Source of the DNA: the human T2T-CHM13v2.0 reference genome, Homo sapiens
Length of the DNA: 64,000 bases
NCBI RefSeq assembly: GCF_009914755.1
Contig: NC_060938.1
Reading direction: 5' to 3' (one strand)
The translations under genes were made by a program, and so were the position numbers. The notes beneath the pieces are model-generated. The model saw only the letters and a list, made by a program, of their open reading frames with translations, was not told the origin of the DNA and made no database searches. Positions 41,777 through 54,909 of this stretch are shown one piece after another (positions within the stretch are counted from its first letter, which is position 1; the number at the start of each line of letters is the position of its first letter).

Positions 41777-42313
41777 TAGGTAGGGATGTAAGTTGGTAGA
41801 GCCATTATGAAAAAGAGTTTAGAAGTTCCACAAAACATTACAAATAGAACTAAGATACAATGCAGCAATACCACTTCTGGGTATAAAGAAAATAAAATCC
41901 ATATGAAATAAAATCATTATATCAAAAAGATACCTGCACTCCATGTTTATTGCAGCACTATTCACAATAGCCATGGTACAGAAGCAATAAAAGTAAATTT
42001 TTTTTTCAGTCTTTGAAAAGAAAAGAATCCTATCATTTGCAACAATGTGGACATTATACTAAGTGAAATAAACAAGACACACAAAGACAAATACTATATG
42101 ATCTCACTCATATGTGGAATCTAAAAGAAACATTGAATTCCTGGTAACAGAATAGGTGGAATAGTGGTGGCCAGGTTCTGGAGATAAGGAAAAGAAAGAG
42201 AGATATTTGTCAAAGGATACAAACCTTTGGATATAAGATGAATAAGCACTGGATATATGATGTACAGCATGGTGACTATAGTTAATAATAATGGGTTGTA
42301 TAGTTGATTTCAC

Positions 42314-42595
42314 TGAGATATTGTCTCACTCTGTCACCCAGGCTGGAGTGCAATAGCATGATCATAGCTCGCTGTAGCCTCAACCCCCTAGGCTCAAGCA
42401 ATCTTTCTGCCTCAGTCTCTCAAGTAGCTGGGACTACAGGTGTGTGATTCCACACCCAGTTAATTTGTTAAAACAAATTTAGAGATGAATTCTCACTGTG
42501 TGGCAGAGGCTGGTCTTGACCTCTTGGCCTCAAGCAATTCTTCTGCCTTGGCCTACTGGGTCTCTGGGATTATAGGGAGGAGCCACCACAACTGG
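42314..42595 (-). mobile_element. AluJ-like element lacking a poly-A tail
   Basis: GATCATAGCTC.CTGTAGCCTCAAC..GGCTCAAGCAATC (AluJ diagnostics); no T-run at its 3' end. Confidence 0.88.
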
Positions 42596-42959
42596 TGGAA
42601 TATTTTAAGAGACTAGATCACAAGTGTTTTCACCAAAAAAATAAAAATAAAAAAATAAAAAGTGACTACGAGAGATGTTGGGAGGTGTTGGATATGTTTA
42701 TTAGCTTGATTGTGGTAATCATTCCCCTATGCCTCCATATATATGTAAATATATACATCACATGGTATGCCCTAAATATATAGAATTTTTATTTGTCGGT
42801 CATACTTTCAGAAATCTGAAGAAAACTATATACAAAGCAACATAAAAACATTTCAAACATACTGTAGAGTGAAAGAAAACAGATACAAAATGTACATACT
42901 GAATGATTCCATTTATACAAAAAGTTAAAAACAGGCAACAGTACCGCAAGAAAAGCATG

Positions 42960-45900
42960 ATAGGAGAGATTTTTCTCTCTTATTCCCTTTTGAAACAAAA
43001 GCCTTAAGCTGCTGGATACAGGGCAGAAAATCCTGTTGCCTTTTAGAGCACTGGTGAAGACATTCCCCGCAAGGCACTGGAACTGCTGAAGGAAGAAAAC
43101 AGAAAATGCCTTTTACCCCTGAGAAAGGAGAAAAATAAATTCCACGCTGAAACCTACAGGGGGAGGAGAGCAGAAATCCCGAGACAGCCCACCCACCAGA
43201 ATCCAGGGACAGTGTCTACTTAAGATGGAGGCTTGACCAGAACCATAGAGGGTGTCTTTCTCTTCCAGCCTATACCACCACTATAGCAGCACCAAGTGAC
43301 AGACGGCTTCTGCTTGGAAAGGGACAAAGAAGGGTGAAGAAAGACCCCGGCTGAGGCACAAGTTCAAAAGAAAGACCTAGAGCAGAGGATAAAGCAAATA
43401 TTGAGAGAATCCTTGTAGTAAACCAACCCCACCTTAAACACAAGGTAATGCTAGAGGAATTCTAAGTCTGTGGTGGTCAGGGGTTTACCATAACAACAAA
43501 AGAGCCCAACCACCATTTCATTCCTAACTGGTTGACTCAGCCTTCCACAACAGAGGACTAGCAAAAGAAAATATATGCCCATTTACCAATTTCCAAGCAT
43601 AAAGTCGATTTACCTCAGCCTCTATTGTCCTACACAAGATGTGAGCTTTCAACAGAAAATTAAAGCATAGACAAAAATTCAGTAAGTACTTAGTAAACCT
43701 GAAAAACATTATAAATCAGCTTCATTTCTTTGCTATTTATAGAATATGCCACTAAATAATAGCTGAATATATAGTCTTTTCAAGTGCAAATGGGACATTC
43801 TTCAAGAAAGACCATATTTTAGGCCAAAAACCAAACCTCAACATAATTAAATGATTGATATCCACAAACAATTCTCTAACAATTCCCTAGGAAACATGTT
43901 TTGTAACAATAATAGATTAAAATTAGAAATCAGTAGCCAGAAGATACCTAGAAAATCCCTCTGCATATTTGGAAATTAAACAATACAGTTCTAATAGGCC
44001 ATGGAGGTCAAAGACAACATAACAGGGAAGTTAACAATATTTTGAATTGAATGAAAGTAAAAACATAGCATGGTGGAATTTGGATGATGCCACTAAAGCA
44101 GCACTTTATGAGAATTTATATATTAAATATATAAAATGCATATGTTAAATGTTTACATTACGTGAGAGAAAATACCTCAAATCAATATTCTGATTCCATT
44201 TTAAGAAACATAGAAATAACAGAGAAAATTAAATCCAAAGCAAGTAGAAGGAAAAAAATGAAAATAATAAATAAAAAATAAAAGCAGAAGTCAATGAGAA
44301 CAAAAAAAAGAAAAGAAATAAAACTAAAATCTCATTCCTTTAATAACAAATCAATAAAACTGAGGCCAATCAAGAAAAAAGAGAAAATACAGAAATTACG
44401 AATACCGGAAATCAAAGAGGGGCTATCACTATGGTTAATAATACTATGTATGAGTAACTCTACATCCATAATTTCAAAAACTTAGATGAAATAATAAAAT
44501 TCTTCGAAAGACTCCCAACTCTCAAAAATCAATGAAAAAGAAATAGATAAACTGAATATTTCTAAATCTACTAAATAATCAAATTGATACTTAAAAACTC
44601 TCCAACAAAGTAAACTGGAGGCTTATATGGTTTTACTGATGGACTTTGTCTAATATTTAAGGAAGAGATAATGACAATTTTCCAAAAATGTATCCAGAGT
44701 ATAGAGGAGAAGGAAATGCCTCCTCGCTCATTTTATGAGGCCAATGTTACCCTAATTCCAAACAACAGAAAAACTTACAAAGAAGAAAACTAAAGAATAA
44801 TATCCCTCGGGAACATGCACACAAAAACTTTAAATAAAGTACCAACACATGAAATACAACAAGAAGTAAAAAGAGTAACACAAAATCACCAAATGGGATT
44901 CATTTCAAGAATGTAAGAATGTTTCAACATTCAAACTTCAGTTAGTATACAAGTGATGCTCATTCATAGTAGTTATGTTCTATAAAGTGTACATCAACAT
45001 TGAAGTAACGAATACTGAATCATTGCTCCTAGAAGAAATGCAAGATTAGGTTCCTCTGAGTTTCTGGTCACAACATTTTCAACAACTGATCAAATATAAC
45101 CCTGTTGGATGTGTGTTTCTGTTTCAAAACACTTTATTTAATATATATTGTTAATTAATTAACATTGAACTCATATCCAAGAGCACCTTAACTCATACCT
45201 GAAGAAAGCTTGAACACACGTATTCTCTCTGTAAGGAACGCTAGATAGTACTTCATTGGTATGCTTGGGGGCCCCTTTAAACAGCAAAATAATTAACAAA
45301 ATGCACAAACATGTAAAAAATGTGCCAATCAATACACCATAAAAAGGATGCTTGGTCATAGTATGACAGCTAAAACAAGGCAGAATATAGCCTTGTCGAC
45401 CTCAGCTGGAAATGTGCACATTGGGTTACTCAAATTTTTCACTCCTCTGTGCATGTCTGCAAATGCAGCAAAAGCACCACAAGTTTTGACTTGAGGCTTA
45501 CAAATAAATTTTAGCAAGTAGATATATTCACAAATACAGATCTATGTATAATGAGAGTTCACTGCAATTCATCATATCAAGCAAAAAGAAGAGCTTTATT
45601 ATTATCTTTTGGCACATGGGAAGTTTGGCAATTTCAACAGCCCTTCATGATAATACTCTCAGCAAACTAGTAATAGAAGGAAACATTGTCAAGTTGATAA
45701 AGGGCATCTACAAAAACAAAAAACAAACAAAAAACTACTGCTAAAATTATGCTTAGTGAAAAAAAGACTTAAAGTTTCTCTCCTCTGTGATTGTGTAAAA
45801 GACAGGGATTTCTGCTTTCACCACTCTATACAAAATATTATCAGTAGTCTTACCCAGTGCAATGAAACAAAACCAAAAATAAATAAATAAGAGACACAGA

Positions 45901-45965
45901 CTAGAAAGAAATATAATTGCTCCTTATCGTAAAAAACAAGATTGTCTACCTAGAAAAATCTGGAA
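42960..45965 (+). mobile_element. Old L1M (L1MC/MD-like): 5' region joined to degraded ORF2, containing MER82
   Basis: A-rich sense ORF2 motifs (CATTTTATGAGGCCA.TGTTACCCTAATTCCAAA; AGATTGTCTACCTAGAAAA). Confidence 0.7.
44950..45564. mobile_element. MER82 (TcMar-Tigger)
   Basis: GTAGTTATGTTCTATAAAGT...GAATACTGAA.CATTGCTCCTAG...ACAAATAAATTTTAGCAAGTAG. Confidence 0.82.
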
Positions 45966-45967
45966 GA

Positions 45968-46495
45968 TTATATATATTCTTCAAGATTATACATATATAT
46001 ATAATACACACATATATGTGTATACATATATAATATGTAAATTTTATATATAAATTTTATATCTATTTATATAATATAATATATACATATAATGTATATT
46101 TAATGTACATTATGTATATATAAATTATATATTTATCTATAATATATAAATTATAAATTATATATTATATATTTAATATAATATATAATTTATATATAAT
46201 ATAAATTATATATTTAATATAATATATAAGTTATATATAATATAAATTATATATTATATAATATATAAGTTATATATAATATAAATTATATATTATATAA
46301 TATATAAGTTATATATAATATAAATTATATATTATATAATATATAAGTTATATATAATATAAATTATATATTTATATAATATATAATTATATATTTATAT
46401 AATTATATAAATTATATATAATACATACATATGTGTGTGTCTATACATACATAACATATAAATTATTCAAGGTTTTATATATATATATATATGTA
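45968..46495. repeat. AT-only low-complexity block with a 39-bp tandem unit (~5 copies, ~46175-46385)
   Basis: The single G of unit ATATAATATATAAGTTATATATAATATAAATTATATATT recurs at 46230, 46269, 46308, 46347. Confidence 0.93.
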
Positions 46496-46496
46496 T

Positions 46497-46890
46497 GATG
46501 GAAGAGATGTGTTAAAATCACCATTGTCCATTTTTCTGTTTCTCCATTATGTCTGTCAGTTTTTGCTTCATGTACTTCGGAGTTCTGTAATAAGATATAT
46601 ATTATATATATATCATATACATATACGATATCTATATCTTATTATAGAAGATATCTATATCTTATTACAAAAGATATATATATCTTATTACAGAAGACAT
46701 ATATATCTTATTACAGATGATATCTATATCTTATTACAGAAGATATATATATCTTATTACAGAAGACATATCTATCCTATTACAGATGATTATATATCTT
46801 ATTACAGAAGATATATATATCTTATTACAAAAGATATATATATCTTATTACAGAAGATTTTATTATAGCAGTTATATATCTTATTACGGA

Positions 46891-46947
<57 letters not shown>

Positions 46948-49310
46948 TTCCAGTTTCTTAATGTATTAATCCTAGAATCATTAGGAAATATTCCTCTTTG
47001 TCTTCTGTAACTCTTCTTGTCTTAAAGACTTTTACTTACATTAACACAGTCACTCTACCTTTCCTAGACTTACTATTTGTGTAGTATGTTTTTTCCACCT
47101 GTTACATTCACTCTATTAGTGTCTTTGTGACTAATTGTATCTGTTACAGAATGCATATAGCAGCTTCTTGTTCTTGCTTTTCATCCACTTGAAAATCTGT
47201 ATGATTAGAATTTTTTGCCTATTTTATTTGAATATAATTATTGATATTGATATGGTTTATTGAGGTCTGCCATTTTTCAGTTTGTTTTCTGCTTGCCTTA
47301 TTGATTTGTTGATCTTTATTTCTCTTTTTTGTCTTTTTAACTCAATCTATATTATTTTGAATTCATTTTCATCATTTCAATTCCTGTCTTGGCTTCCTAG
47401 CTTTATCTTCTTACATTATATTTTAATGTTTGACAAGACTTACAATATCTATCTTTAATTTATCATAATCTTCTTAGTGTTAATGTTTAATTACTTCAGA
47501 TATAATATTGGAAATTTGCAGCAGCCTATCTACAGTTATACCCCATCCCTTGTGTTATTATTTCTACATGTTTTACATCTATATGTATTATAAATCCAAT
47601 AATTTAGTGTTAAAATTTTTGTTTTAAGTCACCATGTCTTTTAAATAATTTAAGATAAAAAGAAAATGTAGTATTTTATTTACCAATGTATTCATTATTT
47701 CCTGTAAACTTCATTTCTTCTTATGGATATGAGTTCATCTGTATTTTTTCTTCACTCAACCTAAAGACCTTTCTTCAGAATTTTGTACAGAAGCTATGCT
47801 AGATTCATTGTATAAGGTATTCTTGGTAGATAGAAGGTTTTTCCAACCATTTGAATATGTCTTTCTAATATCTCCTGGACTCTAGTTTACATAATAAGTC
47901 AGTTTAATTGTATTACTATTTCCATACATGTAATTTGTTATTCCTTTCTGGCTGCCTTCAGGATTTTTCTCATTTTTTTTGACTTTTAGTAGTTTAACTG
48001 AAATGTGTATGTGTGGTTTTCTTTGTTTTCATTCTACTTGATTTTTCATTAAAAATTCTTGAATCTGAACTTTACTTTTCCACCAAATTTGGTGAAATTT
48101 TTACCATTATAATTTCACATTTTTTATTGTATCTTTCCTTCCTCGTCTCTTGAGAAATAAACTACATATACGTTGGACTAATTGATATTGTCTCACAGGT
48201 CTTGAGCCTCTGTTTATTTTTTTAAAACCTTTCCTCTATCTGTTACTCATGTTAGGTAAATTGTAATAATCTAATTTCAAGTTTACAATTTTTTCCACCC
48301 CAAATATATCATTGAGCCTATCTATAAATGTTTCCTTTTAGGTATTGTACTTTTCAGCTCTAACATACATTTTTTCAGTAGTTTCAATTTCTCTGTTGAT
48401 TTCCTCTAACTTTTTACCCAGGGAACCAAATTTTCTTTAATTATTTGAATATGTCTGCCTTTAAATGTTCAGCACATTTATAATGAAAATTTTGATATTT
48501 TCATCTGCTAAATGCAGTTTCTGACTCCACTCAAAGTCAATTTCTATTGATTGTTCTTTTTTTTTTTTTAAGTGTAAGTCACACTTTGCTGTTTCTTGGC
48601 AGGTTTAGTGATTTTTCATTGAAAACTAGACATTATAGATATTGCAATCTGTTCTGAAGATTTTTTATTGTTATTTGTTGTTGTTGTTGTTGTTTTCTAT
48701 GTTTATTGTTGTTGTGGTTCTATTAGGCAATTCCCTAGACTGGACTCAAAGTATTAACTCTATATACCCTGCATTTGGCAACAGCTGAGAGCACAATTTG
48801 GAAAATGACTAAGTTAAAACACAAATATTGACGAGTGTCTTTCTGTCTTTGAAGATGACTTTCTTCTTTGATATTTGCCTGGTTTTGGAAACTTTCTAGG
48901 TTTGTTCCTGTACACATATAGTTTAGCTGTCAATTAGGGATTCAGGCAATTTATACTCAGTTTTGTTCTCAATAATTCTGTAGTCTCGCAGTATTTCTTG
49001 CTGAAAGTTCCAGTTACTGTTCCAGCCTTGAGTAGAGTTTATTTTTGTTTGTTTATGTCTTGGTCATCTCCAGCAAGTAAGACTAGTTTTCTGCTGCCAT
49101 AGACATAGTGGTTGGGAGAAACCACAAGAAAAATAGCTACAAGGTCACGACTTTTATCCTGTTTAGTTATAGTTTTTCAAGAGCATAATCTCCAGCTTCT
49201 ATCTAATATAGGATGCCTTCCAGTGCTTTTATATGTTTTTTCATATTTTGTAAAGACTTTGCAGTTGTTACTGTATTAACAGTTCATTCTACTAGCAATA
49301 CTGTATTTAA
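46497..49310 (-). mobile_element. Old L1ME-like 5' half (5' region, ORF1, start of ORF2), degraded
   Basis: GTGTTAAAATCACC (GDFNT) at ~46510; TTTCTGGCTGCCTTCAGGATTTTCTC and CACCAAATTTGGTGAAATTT ORF1-type motifs. Confidence 0.65.
46628..46951. repeat. 23-bp minisatellite (GATATATATATCTTATTACAGAA, ~11 copies) followed by (AT)25
   Basis: CTTATTA anchor recurs at 46638, 46661, 46684, 46707, 46730, 46753 etc.; (AT)n at 46893-46942. Confidence 0.95.
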
Positions 49311-49340
49311 TTCAGACCTTGATTTTTCAAAAGAGCCCTC

Positions 49341-49632
49341 TTTTTTTTTAAGAAGGAGTTTCTCTCTTACTGCCCGGGCTGGAGTGCAGTGGCGCGATCT
49401 CGGCTCACTGCAACCTCCACCCACCAGGGTTCAAGTGATTCTCTTGCCTCAAGCTCCTGAGTAGCTGGGATTACAGGTGTGTGCCAACACAACCAGCAAA
49501 TTTTTTATTTTTGGTAGAGACGAGGTTTTGCCACATTGGCCAGGCTGGTATCAAACTCCTGACCTCAGGTGATCCACCTGCCTCGGCCTCCCAAACTGCT
49601 AGGATTACAGGCATGAGCCACCACGCCAGGCC
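49341..49632 (-). mobile_element. Full-length AluS (Sq-like)
   Basis: GAGTTTC.CTCTT..TGCCC and CCTGACCTCAGGTGATCC; TSD GAGCCCTC at 49333-49340 and 49636-49643. Confidence 0.93.
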
Positions 49633-52600
49633 TGCGAGCCCTCATTTTTAAAAATTATAATTAGAGAAACAAAACGTGTTTATTGTAGTGAATTTCGAAA
49701 ACACACAATGAGAAGAAAATCAGAATTACTTTTTATCTAGCTCCAGATAAGCATTGATAATATTTTGTAGTCTACTACTATCTCTGCAAGGAGATCACTA
49801 TATTAGATTAGTAATTTTCAACCATAACATTCTTGAAAAGTATTCTGAAGTAATTTCTGAGAATAAATTTAATATTACAAGATATCAAACCTAGAGATAG
49901 TTTAAAAACAACAAGGAAGTATTATGAGCAATGTAATGCTGAAAAGGAACAACCTAAACAAAATTGCAAAATGCCATGACACAATTTATCAAAGTCTCCA
50001 AAATCTGTGCAGAGGAGAATGAATCCGTTTTAACCATTTAAACAGATGGAAATGTGTCTGGAGTTTATGAGACAAGATGAGCTGTAATTACAGATTTGGG
50101 GAGTTATCAATAGCTAGATAATACTGAAGAAACAGTGACCATATTCTGTTGGTCCTTGTTGGAGCATTAAAATAATTTTCTCTTTATTCTAAGAGCAGGG
50201 GAAACAATTGACAGATTATTTGCAAAGAGTTGATATTATGAGGTTTTCCCTTTGAAAAGCTCACTAACTGTACTGCAAAAAAAAAAAAAAAAAACCTGAT
50301 TGGAGTAGAGAGTAAAGGTATGAGGAAAATAAGTTTAATGACTATTCTTTAGTTCAGATGAAAACTGTGGCAACTTGGACTACAGTGGTTTTGATGAAAG
50401 AAGTAGAAAGATTTATAAAATATTGAGGAACTATATAAAGTGGCTTTATTGACGGATTGATATTTAAGATAAAATTCACTTTCTTCTGACCTAAGTAACT
50501 AGCACATGACAGTGCTATTTTCTGAACTAGGGAAATTGTACATCATATATTCACTAATTTTTTTATTAATGCCTACTTGGTAAGTGTGTAAGCCTTAAAA
50601 GAAAATTAGTTTCTACATTTAAAACCTCTGATCTTAACATTAGCATGAATATCCTGTTTAGATACATAAGACTAACCAAGGCACTCCAGTTGTCTAGTAC
50701 CATCATAATGCCACTTACATTATGACTATGAACAATCATGTTAACATTGTTACTCCTGTCTCACCTCAAATTGTTTCATCCTAAATTGCCAGTATAACTG
50801 CAGCTTCAGGTACACAACTCAGCCTTTTTCTGGGCACCATTTTTTCTACAATTTAAAATTACTTTTAGCGTCTTCTGTCACTAAACGAACATCTTCCTTT
50901 AAGTCATCCTTATTGCTGATCTTACAGCCTATCCTGAAACTATTCACCTATTATTAGATGAAATATGCCAAGCAATGACCTATTGCTACAAGAGGAGAAA
51001 AATGTTAAAATATGTATTTGTAGCATATAAATAGTTAATCATACCAAAGACAGAACATAAATAATATTTAGCATGAGATCTTGGACAAATTTCTTTTTTT
51101 TCTTAAAACATTGATAATATTCTGTGATTATCGCTTTGTGTTACATTGACTTTTGTGACACTACCTGCTTTGTTTCATTTGTTTTTTAAAAAGTCCTTCA
51201 TTTTGAGAGAAATCACATAAACACATTTTGCAAAATGTCTACTCCTAGCAATTTATTCAAGCAGAAAATTTTAAGCTATGAGACTACAAAGGACAGGTTT
51301 TTAGCCCTTAAGATTAAAGATAATCATTTAGCAAAACTTAAATTACAATATGCAAGCAATACTAAGGCTACCCAAATGTGATTCTTTAGGCTACATACCA
51401 GTTATTAATTATATTTTACTATATGATACACACCACACCTATGTATTTTAGTGCAACTATAAAGGAAATATTCATTACTCCAAAAGATATTTAGGCAATT
51501 ACATACAAAATATTAAAATAGGAGGCTTGGTGCAAAGTTAAATAAAAGCAAACACTTATTTCTAAGGACTTTAGAGGAAATAAATGATGTGCCAAAATAA
51601 CTGTACAGTGATTTCAGGCTACATTTAAACTGAGATTTGTGTAAGTAATAAAACAGATTTTATTCTTTCATTCAACAGTTACATTCTGAGTGCTTATTAT
51701 ACTATAGAACATTTCATAGCTTATCTGTTGAATTGAGTTTGACCTCCATGATCTTTTCACTTGAGATAGAAGTCTATGAAATGACTTATATTACAAGAGA
51801 AAGAAGACCTAACCAGCTCTATCTAATTACACCCAGAAGACTAGTATTCAATTCTTAGGAAAAGAGCGGGTGAACAGTTTGCAGAGAGAGAGAGAGAGAA
51901 TAAAGTGAATAAAGGGAGGAGTGGAGGAAGGAAGGGAAACAAATGGGAAAACAGAAAAAATTTTTAAAAAAAATAATATAACTAAACTATTCTGGAAATG
52001 TACCAGAGCAAAAAGCCTCCTCTTCGCCAGTCCCTACCTGCAACAGAATAAAACATTGAAAGAGGAGACAATATTTATTTTATTTCTCCCTAGACCACTG
52101 AGTAGTTTTGGTTGCATGAAGACTCCAGTTTATCTGTTTTGGTGCCCAGTGGGAAAAGACAAAAATGATAATGTTGCCGGATAGAAGTCTTTGGTGCCCA
52201 GTGGAAAACAGCAGCTGGCCTGACAGGGACATCTTGCCTGGAGTGTTTGGTGGTATCCAGGGATGTAACAATCATCAACAGTAGCGCCTGGTGGGCATTT
52301 CGTTGCTCAGAAGAAACAAAAGTCGTTCCAAAGAGCACAACAGGATCCAGAAAATACAGTACAATTTAGTAGACATGACAAGACTGCCCACTCCATAACA
52401 TGTGATCATCCAGTCTATCTGTCAATGAAAATATATAAAACATTCATTGGGAGCCCCCAGAAAATTATAGATGGAGATGAGTCTTTTCAAACAATACAAG
52501 ATCCCACATGAGCCAAGTGAAATCTTGACTGTTATTATTAATATAACTTCATGATAGACCTGAATAAATAGATGATCCTGATGGACTCTTAAGGGAAAAG

Positions 52601-53224
52601 CAGAAGGGAGAGTTTATTTCAATCCTTACACAAGTTCTTGAGAAAGATGTTTATACGTTGGGCTTGCTGTCAACAAAAAAGAGAAGTAGCAGCATCCAGT
52701 AACTTTTTCATTGATAGTAGAGCAAGAAGAGAAGTGGTTTTGCAATAAAGATAATATCGTGACTCCACTTGGGTCATGATAAGAACATCACTGGGACCTC
52801 ACCTCAACTACCTGATCAGGGGAAGCTGAGGAACTGAGTCAAGCCTCACAGAATAATCTGAAACAGCAGGATGCTCACCAGACATGGTAAGTCTTCCTGC
52901 TGAGTTTGGCAGTCGTTTTATGGTGTTTCTCTCTAGCTCCTGTCTTCACAAATGAGAACTTGTGCTTCACTAATTCATCTTTCCTAAAGCAGCACTTATT
53001 TATCAATGTCCCAAGTGCAACTGTATTTCTCAGTGCATCAAAATAGAGTGATACCAAGAACTATCACATTTTCAGTCATTTTGGCAGCATTTTTTAATAA
53101 GAACTAATTTATTTTTTGCTTTTGTAAAACATTGAGTACATAAATATCCTGACACTTGTTTTTCTGTCTTCACTTACCAGTGTGAGTAATTATAAATCAA
53201 TGTTTTAAAACTCTCCTAGGAAGC

Positions 53225-53355
53225 TGTAACACTGTAAGATAAACTCTATAAGGGCAGAAATTGTTATCTACTTTGTTCACTGCTGTATCCCTAGAGCCTA
53301 AAACTGTGTTTAACGCAGGTTAGATTCTCAATAATTTTTAATTAATCAACAAGTG
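53225..53355 (+). mobile_element. L2 3' end
   Basis: TAAACTC.AT.AGGGCAG...TTTGTTCACTGCTGTATCCCTAG.GCCTA...CTCAATAA. Confidence 0.75.
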
Positions 53356-54605
53356 ATTAAGTTTAAGGTAGAATTTAAGAAGTGCCACCAGTTTTCAGAA
53401 TGAGGACAGTTTATTTTCAGAGTCTGCAAATAGTAGAGGTGAGTATTCCAGGCTTAGGAAGGCAGGGATCTCTAAAATAAATCCTGAAGAATAAAGAGGA
53501 AATGATTCATTAAGAGATGATAAGAAAAAAAAAAACAGTACATGTAGAAGCCAACAATGTAATCTGAGTCCCTGGTGTTAAAGAGTACATCGTGTACAAA
53601 GAAGAGCAAGCAATGCAGGGAACGGGTACATGAAAGAGAGAAGGGAAAAATAACACTGGAAGGACAGATATGGTTAAGGTCACTGTAAGGTAGGTATAGA
53701 GCCATGAATGGCAAGCCAGGGGATGTGAATTTTATTCTCTCAGTTTGTAGAAGCTGCTTTGTTTCTGAGCATGAATGTGAAAATCATATCCAATTCATAG
53801 AAAAATTAATCTAGCAGCACTCCAGATTGATGAGGACAGAGATGGAGGCAGAAAGTACAAAAGGAAAGCAATTCATTCCATTAATGGATGATCTAAAAAC
53901 AAAACCTGATAGGAGGGGATACTTCCTTCCTATTGAATCCATCTGATTTTAAAGAATGTGAGTTTCTATAGCTCAATTCAAATGAAAAAAAGATTAAAGG
54001 CAAAATGCTATAAAACCAAGGATTGTGGTTTTCTTAGATCATCTACGAAAAACTGATTGTTTCTTATTCTTAAAGGCCTTTAGGCACCAACTGTAGAATA
54101 GCAAAACAAAGAGTAAAAATAGCTTTTAGTGTAGAAGATAAGAACACAGAGAAAGAAAAAGCCCAATAGCAATAGACTTCAATAATATGAGAAAGGTGTG
54201 TTTGGCAGAAAGAGCAAAAAAATACAAGTAGGAGATGAGAATGTACAGTGTGATGTGATATCTACAAGTGGATTCTGAAAGAAATAGTCCAGACTAAACA
54301 GTGCACAATCCATTAGGATGCATATATTATGGAAAGAGAGAGTTTACGAAAAAAGTAAAGTTCAGTTATAGGAATTTGTAACAAGGGCAGTACAGCTTTA
54401 ACAGTTGATTATCTAAATCTCAAGCAAATAAGAGGATTCGTCTTTCATCTTTCTGCAATTCCCAAGAAGAAATCAAAGGAGCCAAAACATTGAGGTCACA
54501 AGAGCAGAAATAAAATACTGATCTAAAATAGCTACATCTAGATAGGAAACTATTACCAGAACACGTGAGGTGGTATTAGAGGGCAAAACTAAACGCACAA
54601 ACATG

Positions 54606-54731
54606 GATTTGACTCCCATTTCCTGTGATTTTGCTAGTTTAATCTTGTCAATGATCTGTCTTCTAGTTGAAATGCTATTTTGGCATTATTTCATGAGGCA
54701 GCAAGCTCCCCTACACGAGTCTACTTTCCAT
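54606..54731 (+). repeat. Copy 1 of a ~125-bp dispersed direct repeat
   Basis: Aligns to 56910-57033 with ~12 substitutions and one 2-nt indel. Confidence 0.93.
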
Positions 54732-54909
54732 GGTTTTGAAGTATAAACACTGCAATAGGAGTGTAACATCTGACTTAAATACTAAATAATTCTGAACATA
54801 ATTTTATCTCATACTATTCACTTTTGTTCGAAATTTCAAATGTATGTGTTATTGTTTTCTAAAATTCATTTATATTGTTTAAAGGAGAAATGTCTGAATC
54901 TGGCTATGT

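Larger units (their letters stand above)
41058..42822 (+). mobile_element. L1MA8-like 3' portion containing an LTR and an AluJ
   Basis: GACATTTTTCCAAAGAAGACATACAAA...ATGTACAGCATGGTGACTATAGTTAATAATA...AGCTTGATTGTGGTAATCATT; flanking AAACTATA(C/T)AC repeat near 41048 and 42823. Confidence 0.8.
40560..42945 (+). mobile_element. Old L1ME/MC-like 3' region split by an L1MA insertion
   Basis: Sense L1 motifs at 40560-41055 resume at ~42822 (TACTGAATGATTCCATTTATA..AAAAACAGGCAA). Confidence 0.6.

Noticed and set aside
46175-46895. CRISPR-like regularly spaced repeats
   Set aside because: Head-to-tail tandem units without unique spacers in primate DNA; ordinary minisatellites.
46491-47010. Tyr/Ile-rich repetitive ORFs
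   Set aside because: Translation of the 23-bp minisatellite and (AT)n tract.
42960-49310. A single L1 with an internal segment inverted and displaced
   Set aside because: The minus piece supplies roughly the ORF1/early-ORF2 part missing from the plus piece, but it appears to have its own different 5' region, so two independent old L1s are more likely.
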